From NCBI RefSeq assembly GCF_000143415.4, contig NW_003314262.1, forward strand, positions 472,078 to 536,077: a stretch of 64,000 bases of DNA, written 5' to 3'. This document shows positions 23,617-36,384 of this stretch, in pieces (within the stretch, counting starts at the first letter, position 1; every line of letters begins with the position of its first letter). This stretch comes from Selaginella moellendorffii (taxonomy: Eukaryota; Plantae; Lycopodiophyta). The position numbers were made by a program, and so were the translations under genes. The notes beneath the pieces are model-generated. The model saw only the letters and a program-made list of their open reading frames with translations, ran no database searches and was not told where the DNA came from.

Positions 23617-24888
23617 ATGGAGGGGACGGAGGATCTGTACGCGCTGCTGGGATTGCCTGGAGGTGTCGATGGCGCTGCGATCCAGGTAACCGAGTTGAAG
23701 AAGGCGTGGAGGAGGCGCTGCCTGGAATGGCATCCAGACAAGCGCCCCGGCGATGCTACTGCAGGTAACTTGTAGAATCTGAGTGATCTTCTTCTCAAAT
23801 TTCTCCTTCGTTTCTTCCAGCCGCTCAGTTCAATCGCATCAACAATGCGTTCGAGGTGCTGTCCGATGCCAAGGCGCGCAAGGCGTACGACGAGCTCCAG
23901 CTCCTCCGGAGGAGGAGGGAGGAGGAAAAGAAAGAGATGAGCGCCAAGCGCCAGAAGATGGTGGATGATCTACAAAAGAGAGAGGCGGCTTTCGAGCTCC
24001 AGCGCAGGGAGAAGGCGGCGGAGGTGAGCGCCGCGCAGAGGCTCAAGGAGGAGATTGCCAGGATACGAGTGAAGAAATCGCAGAAGACGATGGGTAGGAA
24101 TGGGATCGAGCCTGGCAAGCCTGTGGATATCATCGTGAGCGAAGAGGACAAAGACAAGGCGCTCAAAGTTACGTGGGACTTGGCAGGCACTCCGGGATAC
24201 GATGTTGAAAGCTTGCGCGGTATATTTCAGCGATTTGGCCCGGTTGAGGACGTGCTGAGACTCGAGAAGAAGAAGAAAGGCGTCGCGCTGGTGGTGATGG
24301 TAACTGCGCAGTCCGCGGTACGTATGTTCTCTCTTTGGCCTGGTGTTCTTTAAGGTCTTCTTTCTCAGTTGGTATGAAAATGGTCGTGCGAAGTTTCAGT
24401 TTTCTCTGTCTTCCTTTATGTAAAGCGTGGGTCTCTCGCTGGTTTCTGTGGCTTTGTTCTTGCGTGACGTTATCCTTTGTGCGATTGCCTTGCGTGTGCT
24501 TTCAGTCGCTAAGCTTGCGTCATTTCTGTGACACAGCTCGAAGCCTCTCAGTCGCAATGTGGACATATCGCCAATCCCTTGCTCGTGATTCCTCTCGGGA
24601 ATCCGTTCAGGCAAGAAGGTGCAGAGAACCCTCGAGACACGAAAACTCCCGCGGCGGCCAGGGCCCCCTCCCCGTCCCCGGCGGCAAATCACGCTACACT
24701 CGCGGGCTCCGGTTTTGGTGACCGGGAAGATTTAGTCCTCCGCAAGCTCAAAGAGGTGGGTGACTTTGGCCTGTTCACAGGAAGTTCGTTTACTTATCCG
24801 GCAAGCTAAAAACTCTCTTTGTTTTTGCTTTTGCTTGCAGGCCCAGGAGAGGAAGAGAAAGATGGACGCGGCCGCAAAGGAGGGATGA
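23617..24888 (+). CDS. DnaJ + RRM protein (DNAJC17/Cwf23-like)
   Basis: J-domain DLYALLG...WHPDKRP, AFEVLSDAKARKAYD, RRM-like LKVTW...FQRFGPVEDV, NPLLVIPL; 4 exons. Confidence 0.9.
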
Positions 24889-25457
24889 AGACAAGAGTGC
24901 GCGAAGCACGCCTGGGCGATGCGTAAAAAGGCGGGGCTTGGAAGCTAGTAGAGGTGTCGAGCGCTTGTTCACGAGTCATGACAGTGGTAGGTCCTCGAAT
25001 TTAAGCTCGCCGCTCTTGTTGTATGTCACGTTTACTTCGCTTCGTTTAGGTGTCGAACGAATCTGGAGCACAAAGACAAGCGCTAAGATCCATGGATCGA
25101 TCGACACAAATCGCTGCGAGGAAATCTCCCGCCGGTTCGCGAGTCGAAGATCGAAGCGAGTGAGTTTTTTGTCCTAGTTTTCTTGTCTTGGATCAGGAGA
25201 GTAGCTAGCGCTAGCCTTTGACTCGACCGTTAATCTGTAGCTATCGTGGCGCCATCGCGGCCGACCAGCCCGGCTTCATCGCCAGTGACATCACAAGAAC
25301 GAAGATATTGTGTGGATATGCATGGGTCCCACTGTGCTCCCGATCTAAACAACCACGCCCCGGCGCGACAATCTCCACCGTCGGTCGCTTACCATTTGGA
25401 AGATCATGATAAAAAATAGAGAAGAAAAGAATCCATTGGGCCATTGTTTAGTCGCCC

Positions 25458-25935
25458 AAAATCTTCCAACGTATCGCGGCAACTTTAGAAAAAGAAAAGC
25501 GCATATTCTTGGTCCCGGGCGGCATCTCTTTTCTACGCGCAAATCGGCGACCGTCGAATCGCGATCCGATCGCGCGGGCCCGCCACGTGCCGTCGCCACC
25601 TGCTTTCACTCAGCGCGGTGAAAATCGTAAAAAACCACCCGGCAAAATCTTCCATGCGATCCCGCCCGACAGGGACAGGACGGCCGGAAGGGGCTCGAAT
25701 ATCCCGCCGGCGGAATATTCGTACGCCACCAAGGGCCTGGATTATTCCCCCCGGCGGATCGTGGCCGTAGGATTTCTACCCGTACAGCTACGTACCTCGG
25801 GGCTTTACTAAATGAAGGTAAAGTGGTGGTTTGACTGGGCCATAAAAAAGAGGGGAAATGAGAAAATAGAGGGCCGCGAGTCGCGAGGTTTTAGCATAGC
25901 TTTGTTTCACCCGCAGGATCTGATGATCTGATCTC
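25458..25935. promoter_or_regulatory. Candidate cytokinin-response (type-B RR) motifs upstream of the type-A RR gene
   Basis: AAGATTTT on the minus strand at 25458-25465 and 25644-25651, and a GATC cluster at 25917-25933. Confidence 0.45.
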
Positions 25936-26235
25936 CTCGTCCGGAATTTGTTTGATCCGTGTCACCATTGATCATTTCTTCTTCTTCTTCTTCTTCTCTC
26001 TCTCTCCCCTGCGAGGAAAGAGAGGTTTTTTAGCTAGGTAGCGAGTTCTTCTCGGAACGAAGGAATAGCGAGCTTAGCGACTTACAGGCGCGGTGGTTTC
26101 CTCACTTTCGCTTTCTCGAGGAAGAGGAAGAGCGAGCGAGCGAGCGCGAGAGCGTTTTGGTCTCCTTCTTCTTCTTCGTGGTGGTGGTGTTCATAACTTC
26201 GTGAATCGTATCGATCGATCGAGCGAAGCGAGCAA

Positions 26236-27221
26236 ATGGGGAGGCGGGTGAAGCGGTCCAATGGAGCTGCCAGCAGCACCGCGCAAGATCTGGGTAGCGA
26301 GAGCAGCAGCGGCATCGTCAGTAGCAAGGAAGGGGGAGGCCAAGTTTTGAGCCTACCTTCGACTTCCTCTTCCTCTTCTTCGCAGATTCATGTCCTGGCC
26401 GTGGACGATAGCCTTGTGGATCGGACCGTCATCGAGAGGCTGCTCAAGACGTCCTCTTCGTCGTTCAAAGGTAAGACAGATAGTCTTCGAATCTGGGCGA
26501 TGAATTTCTCGATTGAAATCGCTTGCTTGTTTGCTCTTCTTGCAGTCACGGCCGTGGACAGCGCATTGCGAGCGCTGGAAATTCTGGGCATTGTCGACGG
26601 ACAGGCTTCTCCAGCAGCAGCTCCTTCCGAGGTAAGAGAGAAAAAAAAATTAAATTAGCAGTAAGGCTAGTTTTCTTCACAGTCAAGTGAAGATTTTTTC
26701 AGAGGCTTATGGTTTTTGTGGTCGTCGCAGGGCATTCAAATCAGCATGATCATCACGGATTACTGTATGCCTCACATGACAGGCTATGATCTTCTGAAGA
26801 GAGTAAAGGTGAGTGAAAAAAATCGCTTTTTTTTCTTTTTTCGAAAGGAGGTTACCGATTTGCGGGTCCATTGCAGGGTGTTTCTTCACTCAAGGAGATC
26901 CCGGTTGTGATCATGTCGTCTGAAAACGTAGAACAAAGGATAAACAGGTTGGTTGAATTTGCGTAAACAAGTTAAAGACGACCTCGTTCTAACCGTGTGA
27001 ATGGATGAATGGATGATCGTTTCAACAGTTGTTACGAAGAAGGTGCCGAGGACTTCATCATAAAGCCCGTGAAGCTGGCCGATGTCAAGCGCCTCGTTAG
27101 CGGTCACCTGGGGGGAAAGAGCAGCGAGGTTGAAACGTTAGCTGCGAATACCAGGAAGAGAAAGCGCGTCTTGGAGGACAATTCTCCTCCGAGACTCCAT
27201 CAGAGAGTAGCAGTCCAATGA
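26236..27221 (+). CDS. Type-A cytokinin response regulator
   Basis: [63 protein letters not shown]; 5 exons. Confidence 0.95.
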
Positions 27222-27532
27222 GCAGCGCGCGAGATCTGGTAAAGTCTTCACAAGTTGGGACGACACATTCTTCTCGTTCCTGCAAGGCTTTCAGTATCGG
27301 TTGCGGCAGCCAGGATTTTTGCCTCGGCTTTTTCCTCCTTTTTCCAAAGGAGCTGATTTTAGCAGCAAAAGCTTACCGGCACGAATTTGTATAGAACAGG
27401 GAACACTCTTTTTGTAGTGCTTTTATTACGAAGCAATTCACTTCAAGATGTTATCTGGCACCTGTCTGTCAGAATTTCCTACAAAACTTTCGATCGTCAC
27501 CAGCAGAAAGATATGTACGTGACAATTCATCG

Positions 27533-30074
27533 TTACCCAAAGTGTGCACTAAGTGGTTGCGATGTCCACTTCATGTGAAGAAAAATCTTGCCGCTTTTAA
27601 CACCATCCAGCTGGTAGCCTTCTTCATATTCTTCTTCTCGGACAACTCTGGACAGCGTTAGTGCACAGCGGCCCATGTAATCCTGCAGCAGTGACAATGT
27701 TACTGCTACGCGTCCAATAACTTCTACGGAGAAAATCATCATGCGACAGACCTTGCCAAACGTATCGTGATCCCAGATTTCGACAATTAACATATCATGA
27801 ATGGCGTCCTCCACCACAAAATCAAACGTCTGGTTCCACTCTGGCTGGAGCGTTTTATTGAGCACCTGTTTTATAAAGTCACACAGTCACATATTAAAAC
27901 TTGAAAAACTGTTATGTTTCCTGCTTACCTTAGTTCTGATCTTTTGATCGCTTTTCTTCATTCGCAAGACCGCATAAGGATCTGCCAAACCATTTGTGTC
28001 GGCCGCTATCAAGTTCTCAGCTCTGATAACGGTCACCGTAAGAACGCCGCGGTTAAATTCATCATCTTCATCTATTCTGGGAGAGACCAAGTCGACATGC
28101 GAAGGTTGGAAGCTTTGCGGAGATGTATCCATTCGTCTTGGACTAGCAAGAGTTTTTCCTGGACTAGCCTGTAATTCTTGCTGCGGATGCCCATTGCTGT
28201 TTGTCATCATCGTTTCCAAAGAAGTCATTGGAAACTTTCGTTTCAAGTAAGGATTAACTGTTCCATGCTCATGATAGAGGAGCTCCACTTGTACCTGAAA
28301 TATAGCAATTACATTGCAAGAATAAACAATATAAAAATAATATACCAAACCTGTCCACGATACTTGTGTTCCTTGACATTGTCAAGATCTTTCACCAATG
28401 TGAGCCACACGTCTTTCAGGACTCCTGGTTCCAAGTTCTTCAAAGGGAAAAGAGCACCCCCAATAAACTCGGATGCCTGAACACCTTCATCGTCGAAAAC
28501 TTGCACAGTCAATTGTTGAGTGGAAGGATCCTCAACGTCAAAGATGTACTTTTCATTCCAAATGGGATGTAGATCATTGTTCTGATAGTGCATCCCAATC
28601 AGTAAAAACTTCAATACTACAGAATTGGATGTTACCTGGGTCTTGCTTCTTTTCATGCGGCTGGGGATGGGCCTGATGAACGTTCGAGCAAAAGGATCAG
28701 ACTTGCCTGCCAAGTCTTTATTCAATAAATCCTTCGCTTGTACAAGCTTTACGTGCAAAGTTCCAACAACTCGGAGTTCTAAATTTCTACCAAAACAAAC
28801 GCATCAGTATAATACAAGGAAAAGCATATACATACGAGTAATCTCCTGGTACGATGGGAATTATTTGCCGCACCGGCCACAGCAGAGAGTCTGTTATTGC
28901 AGTTTTTATCATCTCCTGAGAGAGAGAGAAGAAAAAAAAAAAACATGTCGATTCCGTGACCGCAGTAACATTCTCTCGAGACTTACATCAATAGCTCCTG
29001 CCAGTCCGGGCACGGACTTAATATCTCCTCCTATCACTTTTAGTGTAAAATCCAGTTTTTTCTGCAGTTATAAGTGATGAAAACGGACAATTGAGATTGC
29101 TCCACGTACCTGTCTACGCAAAGAATACACAATAGCACCGAAGCAAGGAAGATCCTTAACCAGCGGTTTAAATATCACTCGAAAGATTCCAGCAAACGCC
29201 GCATTTTTCACCTACCAGTAGATCAATACGACTGGTTAAATACTAAAACAGAGCTCAACGAAGGAACTGGAACATCTGGAATGGAAATACGAGAGACAAT
29301 CAGCGCCAGCGATCCAAACCAACCTGAATAGGTAGCGAGACACCGAAAGAAGTAGTGACACCCAATATAATGCTCGGATTGCCATCCCACTCCAACTCGA
29401 TCTCCATTACGACTTCATTCTCCATATCGTCGACCATATCAATGCCTGTAGAAACAAGCGAATGTTAGTCGATCAACAAAACAATCAAAAGAAGAAAAGG
29501 GAAACGAAAGTCCACCTACAAACTGAGGAGCAACTGTCCCGAGCGTGAACTTATCAAACTTTAGAGAGGAAATAAGAGGTGGCTTGTACTGATCGAGTAT
29601 CGGCTCTACAATAGTCCGGGCCAATTCAGACGCTGCCTGTGCATCAATCAAACCGCATTCGTGTTTATCCACTTCGAAGTACCTGATCAACGTAAGGCCA
29701 GATCCTTCGCAACTCCTGGTTCATCCAGCTAACCTACAAACAAATCCACGAAGAAAAAACAAACAACAATGCTGTAGAGTTCCATCGAGAATTTCCTACA
29801 GTGTACCTTGTGAGACTGTGAGAAAACTATCCACGGAGGCATTGGCTGTTTGTAATTGCTGAAAACCTTCCTTAGATCATCCAGGCTGAGCTTGGAGAGA
29901 GCGCTCGTCGCGATCGCCTGGAAATAGGAGAAGCAATCACTCCGGCGATCACAGGGAATGAGAACTTACTAGCCGCTGCCGGGAATGCGAGCGCCGATTC
30001 TCGGACAGGACGAAGCCAAGAACAAGCGTTATTCCCACGATGAAGCCCACGATGAAGCCGCTGATGAGCGCCAT
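27533..30074 (-). CDS. Synaptotagmin SYT4/5-like (TM-SMP-C2-C2)
   Basis: N-terminal TM (MALISGFIVG), SMP (KFTLGTVAPQF), C2A (KSDPF), C2B (ADPY, WDHDTFGK); multi-exon. Confidence 0.93.
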
Positions 30075-30512
30075 ATCTCCAGCTCCCGCTCCTCTCGCCC
30101 GCCGCGCAAAACCTAGCCCTTGGCACCCATCGCCTTCTCGCCTTCTCTACGCGCACAAGAGTCTCCTGGCAAGATGGTAGTTGTGGCCACATGGCCCAGA
30201 TAGTCACACGGATATAATCACAAGACATGGATGTTCGTACAGCATGGCGTTTTGTGGCCATGGTGTCGGTGGCGCTTTGGTATAAAGTGTCGTACAATAG
30301 AACGTCATAGCCAGCCATTACTGGCTACACTTCCATGACTTTAAAATACTTCTTTGATTCTTTCCCGGCCTTGTGACTTTATCTCTGGACGGATCAATCG
30401 ATCATCTTCGAGATCGCCAAGTTTCTGGATCGTTTGGATCCTGGGATTGATCAGATGTTCATTTCTTCTTTAGCTCGAAGAAATCTAAAGATCAAAAGTA
30501 CCTCTTTTCTTG

Positions 30513-33500
30513 TCACTCGAGAATGTTCCGGATCACGGAGCTCAACCTCGCTTGATCCATCGCTAGTGTTTCCGGAGCTGGCCTTAGCTCTGAGAAGTCT
30601 CGAATGCAAAGAGAGCCATTCTCGTCCTGCTGCCAGAAGATCTCCACCATCATTCCCAGTGGATGATCTTCGGTGACTGTGCCGGGGACTGGAAAGTATC
30701 GCGTACCAACGGGTACCTGGTGTATGACACGAGGATCATCAGTTACCATACCACGAAGTTCATGTTTTACTACTCACCATGAGAACCATCCCATCGGAGA
30801 GACGAAGTTGCTCCAGCCGACCCTCGGAGTTTTGGAGCTCAGCTCTCTTGGCAATGTTTAGAAACACGTCCTCTAACGTTGTCAAGCCCAGCTGGATGTC
30901 GGTGATGCCAAGCTCCTTCGACTTGTAGCTCAATTCTTCAAAGAAATCCTGCGTCGAATGTAAAAGTATAATGAGAACCGCTCTGGAAGTATTGATTTTT
31001 ACGTACTGCGAGTTTAGGCTGGCTCTGAGGAACAGCGAACGTCACGTACGCTTTCGTTTCTTCGCAAGGAGAAAGGTTAAGATGCTGAAAGTGCAACGCA
31101 ATTTAGCTTTTCTTTTATGATATGTAAAACTCCGAGGCTTACCTCATGAAAGTATGCCTTGATGCCAGCCCGTTTTACTCGTTCTTCCTCCTCGACCTCG
31201 GCAGCACTTCCAGAAAACCCGTTTTCAACGCCAACGCTGATCTTGTATCCAGTCCCATACTTGGACTTCAAATGGATTGAGCTCCCAATGCATTGAAGCT
31301 TTCCTTTGGCCATGATCGCGATTCGATCCGCTAGAACGTCAGCTTCTTCCATTGAGTGGGTCGTAAGAATTATGGCACAGTTTTTCTTCGCATCTTCTAT
31401 CACGTCCCATACGTGCCTACGCATTATAGGGTCCATTCCCGTTGTCTGCCATTCAAAGAATGAGTATGATTTCCACAAGCATTATAAGCACTTACAGGTT
31501 CATCCAAATACAGCACTTTCGGATCTCCAACGAGTGAAATGGCAACACTTAATCGTCGCTTCATTCCGCCGCTGTAAGAATCGGATCTTGTGTTTCCAGC
31601 CTCTGTCAATTTAACTTTCGCAAGCATCTCCTCTACTTTCTGCATTCAAAAGGTTACAAAACACAAAAGAATGCTAGCATTAGCGTACCTCGCGTTGTTT
31701 AGTCTGGTCAATTCCTTTAATCTTTGCAAAAATGTGTAGATGCTCCCGTCCAGTTAAAGAGCCCCATAATATATCAAACTTTATGGAAAAGACACGGCTA
31801 AACTTTCTCAGATTTTTCCGAAGTCAAAAAGGTCTCACCTGTGGGCAGACGCCCATGTAGCTTCGAATACGGTTCATGCCGTGAGTACTTTTTATCGACT
31901 CGCCGTAAACATAAGCTACGTGCAAAGGTTATCTCCAACGATTACAACTCAACAGTTGAACTTACCATCGCCGGCAGTAACCGGAAGTATACCAGTTAAA
32001 CAGTTTATTGTCGTCGTTTTTCCAGCTCCATTGGCACCCAAGAGGCAGAATAGCTTCTGATTCTCAATGCTGAACCAGCAGCCCTGCGAGGAAGTAATGA
32101 GCCTGTATGAAATACGTTTTAAGAATTATTACCTGAACAGCGTGTTGAGGAGGTACCCTTCGCCACCGACAGCAGCCTGTCTTTTTCCGTGAACCCGAGA
32201 ATGTCTTTACCAGACCTCGTACTTGTACAGCAATCAGCGGATCAACATCATTTTGTTTCACCGAGTCTTCTTCGGCTTTCACATCGTCGTCTGTAGCAGT
32301 TCCAGGTGGTGGTGAAGGTAAAATTTTACGTCCACAACATCCTAGATAAGCAGAGACATAGTTACCAACAGCTTGAAGATAATCTCAATCTAATACCTGT
32401 TGTTTCTTTCTCATTCATGTTTCCTGTCCAGTAAGATGCATGTGTAAAGTAAAACCATGGCTTACGAACCCCATTTACATCCGGAAGAACGTTGTCAAAG
32501 TATATCGCGAGCACAAGCCATAGAAAGAATGTTCCTATTAGCCAATAGTATCCTTGCTCCTGGGACGTAAGAAATTTTTTGAGTCGTTTGTACTTCAAAA
32601 CAAATAGGTGCTTACCAAGGTGAGGACACAATCAGTTTCATTATCTCTAGGAGGACAACGATTACGACCAGCCCAAGTATATCCGGAGCTTTCGGAGCTG
32701 GCCTTTCCCAAATCACTCATGCCAGCCGCGAAAATATTGGGAGGAAAAAAAGACCAAACAATTTGATACAATTTAGAATAGGAGCTGCTGTAAGGGAAAC
32801 CAAATGCGGTCACCAACTGGCAGGAATTGATCAAAAAAAGGAGCCAAAATACGTATCAACTTAGTGAACTTTGTCAATAATAAGAATCTTACCTGTGTTA
32901 CAAAACCGACAATGAAAACCACAAAACCAACAGTGTTTGCTGACGATGTTTTCGTAACGAAAGTGGACAGCAGAAAGGAAAAGGCCACCTACATCCAGCT
33001 GCAAATTGTCGAAGAACAACTTCAGTAGTTAATACGTACCATGTTCGTCTGAAAGAGAAAGAAAACGAGGAAAAGCACGCCAAAATCGTTGTCCAGGAAG
33101 AAATTAAACTGGAACATCATGCCGGAAAGGACCAGCACCATCGACGAGAGGAAAGTCAAGCACACGTCCCATATCAGCCATGTCGACCAATACACGGAAT
33201 CCATCAACCCCATAACAGACATTGCCTGCTCAAAGCGTTTAAGATGATCAGACCATAATCGTCGATGAATCATACCTGACGAAGCTTGAGCTCCTTCTCG
33301 GAAACCAAATTGCTTAGCTGAATGACAAATCCAAACATGGTGGCAGCTAGCAAGAAAGTGGGACCGATAGTTCCGACCGTAGAAAATGTTGTTCTCGCTG
33401 GATGTGGATACTCTGCAAACGAGACGTTCCATCCAAGACTCGGATCTGTAGCAACTAAAAGTGAGATTCCTTCACGACCACAACGATAAAGAGAAGAAAA

Positions 33501-34198
33501 CACTTCTCCCTTGGTTGGTCTTACCTCTTGTCAAAAAGCGACTGATCTCCCTCTCGGCGGCGGCTTGCAAAGGGAGCTGGAACTTAAACACAGTGTCCTC
33601 AAACGTCCCACGAATGATCTTGGCGGTGGAATTCGTTTGGATTCCATACGCGATCACGTTTGGCTGCCGTTCTTCCAGATGAAGAGCTCCAGGACACTGC
33701 AATGGATGCGCGAGGAGCCATCTATCCACGTCGTCCGGGGTAGCAAAGCCCAATGTCTACGATCGAAGAGAGAGCCATTCGCTAAATAACTAAAGCTATG
33801 AAGCTATGAAGCTATGGAGGAAGAAATCTTACCTTGGACGGTGGTATCGGACGCCCGGGATTGTTCCGCAATATTTCCAGCACGATCCGAGCTGCGGTAG
33901 CGCTGGAATTCCCACTCCACACGAAATCGTAGCACGGATCCCTCATGAAATACCCGGTCTCGCAAGGAACGATCGGCGAGATCGCCGTTGCCGGAGGAGA
34001 CTTGACGTCCCTGTAGGAAGTAGTCCCTCTTCTACTCGCCTGGATCGCTTGATCCACGCCAAAGATGAGCAGCACGAACAAGAACGCCGAGGAGAAGTGG
34101 ATTATCGTGGAGCGCTTGCGCCGCAGCGAAAGCATGATATTCTTGTAGAAGAGCGCCGAGAACTGGCGCCGGAAGAGCCATAGCACCGGCGTTTCCAT
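30513..34198 (-). CDS. ABC transporter A family, half-size (ABCA2/ATH-like)
   Basis: EKELKLRQ, LGANGAGKTT Walker A, YSGGMKRRLSVA signature, LDEP, TTHSMEEAD; multi-exon. Confidence 0.95.
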
Positions 34199-34343
34199 CG
34201 ATCACGCTAGAGGAGGAAAGATCTTTTCAGCATTCTAGCATTGTCTGCTGACAGGAGAATCTTTCCTCTCTCTCTCTTTTCCTGTGGATGCCGAAGAACC
34301 CTAATCGATCGAGCTTCTAGGTAGATAGGTGGGAAATATTTCC

Positions 34344-35545
34344 ATGGCGGAGCTGCATAGCCGCGCCTTCCGTGCGGATTCCTCAGCGGCCAAGCGCGTC
34401 ACGATCGGGCTTCCATTCCTCGCCATCGCAGCGTTCACGATTCTTGTGATTGGGCATCTTGTGAAGCGGAGAAATCCCGGTAGGCATTCTTGCCCTCTTT
34501 TCCTTCTCACTTCCTCCTTCGTGCGTGCCTCAAATCTTCTCCTTGACGTGTGGCCTACGACATGCTAGCGAAGAATGCCGACAGCCTCTGACTCTTCTTA
34601 GCGATTAACCTCGTGGAATTTTCCATTACTCCCTTTGTTTGACATTTTAGTTCTAGGCAACGTGGTCTTTGAAGTTTTTGTTTCTTTTTTTTCTTCCTGG
34701 CCTTGCTGTTTGTTCCTGATCGTCCGTGATCTTCCGTGAGCTCTGTGGACTTTTTCTTGTTCCTAAGAAACCACCTGTGTCTACCATAGATGAGTTTGAG
34801 GCTTTTCCTTGAGTTTCTTGGTCGATCGATCCGCTGACTTTTTAAAGCTATCAGGTGGCAAGCGTTTGGGTGGAGCAAACAACACAACAGGCCAACACGC
34901 TCCAGAAGAAAATGGTGACGGGGTCGCGGATGACGATGATACTGAGACGCAGTGCTTGGAAATCCCCGGGAGTATCGAAGAGCTCCGTGCTCGACGAATA
35001 CGGGCAATGGAGAAGCGGCTTGCGAGAGGCAGCAAGTCGAACGATCCAGGTTCAGCGAGATTAACTCCTCTAGGAACCATGTTAGCCATTTCCAGAAAGG
35101 TGCCTTCGCTCTTTGTTTGCCGAGTTAGTGTCTTTAATCGTGCTCTGCCGCAGATTGACGAGCTCGAGAAGCAGGTTGCGAGTTTTCTCGACTCCAGTTC
35201 TCAAGTCCAGCAAGTTTGCGCTTGTTCTTGTTTTCTTTTTTTCTAGAGTTTTCTGACTCGTGATCTTTGGTTACCGCAGCATAGATGCGAAGAACTGGTG
35301 GAGAATTTGAAAAGTTTGCAAATAGAAATCGACGCTGTCAGTGTAAGCACATACCCTTGTGTGGATTCATCCATTAACAAAGCGAAGTTATATTCCAGAG
35401 CGATGAGGCTGTGCGGGAACACAGGAAAATACAATCTTGTCGCGTGGAATCTCTAATGCAGGTAAGTTTCTACATTTCTCGATTTGGGTTGTATAAGTAG
35501 CTAAGTTGCTAAACTCCTTAGGAACTACAACACAGTAAACAGTGA
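34344..35545 (+). CDS. Single-TM protein with C-terminal BAG domain (6 exons)
   Basis: Hand-spliced: TM segment, GGKRLGG, EELRARRIRAMEKRL, then ISRKIDELEKQV...EELVENLKSLQIEIDAVSSDEAVREHRKIQSCRVESLMQEL (BAG helix pattern). Confidence 0.72.
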
Positions 35546-35548
35546 CGA

Positions 35549-36226
35549 TCAGTCGAAGTCTTCTTTACACTTTTGAGAATCATCCGCTCCTACGATCGTA
35601 TGAACCTGTGGGAAGAAGAGTAGTGTAAGCAAATCCTCGTAGCTTAAAGATTGACTCAACTGTGTGCCGGGATGTTGTGAACCCAGACTTTGGTTCCAGG
35701 CAAGATGAACGCATCGTTTCTTATCTGCTCGCCGATAGCGTCTCTCAAGTAGCACCAGTCCACCTTGTTGGCTAGAATCTCCGCGGCCGTGGTTTTGCCT
35801 TGGGGATCGATGGGAATTTTCGCTATGAGCTCGTCGTCGGCGTTGTGGACGAGCGCGCAATCGCAGTCCTGGTGATGTACTCCAGCCGGTTGGAATGGCG
35901 ATCGTCTCACGGTGTATGGCACTGTTTGATCCAGAGAAAAAAAAAATCAGTTTTTGATCGAGCAAAAGAGGAGCTTTCTTTGCGATACCTCGAGCGTAGA
36001 GAATCGTCCCGCGAGGGACGATGTCGTTGGCCCGGAAGACGCGACCCTGGCCATCGACGAGATCGCGCCGAGCTCCATAGCCCCAAGTTTCTTGGATGAT
36101 TTTGGCGGGCTTTCCTTCTGGAGGGAAGGAGTAGAGCAAGGCGCACTTGGGATTTGGAAGCATTACCCTCACCGTGTCGTAATCCGGCTCCTCGTTCGCA
36201 TTCAGGATCCTCCAATCGTTCCCCAT
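35549..36226 (-). CDS. Hypothetical protein with two tandem ubiquitin/DWNN-like repeats (3 exons)
   Basis: Two GT-AG introns; repeats DLVDGQGRVFRANDIVPRGTILYARVP and YLRDAIGEQIRNDAFILPGTKVWVHNIP. Confidence 0.6.
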   Translation of the reverse strand: MGNDWRILNANEEPDYDTVRVMLPNPKCALLYSFPPEGKPAKIIQETWGYGARRDLVDGQGRVFRANDIVPRGTILYARGIAKKAPLLLDQKLIFFFSGSNSAIHRETIAIPTGWSTSPGLRLRARPQRRRRAHSENSHRSPRQNHGRGDSSQQGGLVLLERRYRRADKKRCVHLAWNQSLGSQHPGTQLSQSLSYEDLLTLLFFPQVHTIVGADDSQKCKEDFD

Positions 36227-36384
36227 TTCTTTGTTCGTTTCGGGCTCGCGCTTGCCCTAGATTTTAAATCACATTTGCCGCGAAACCAAGCTCCTCGATC
36301 GCCACCGTTCAAACTAGGGCATTTCAAATTTCAAATAAATTACATTTGCCGCGACGCAATCGCCACCGTCCAAGCTTAGATGAT

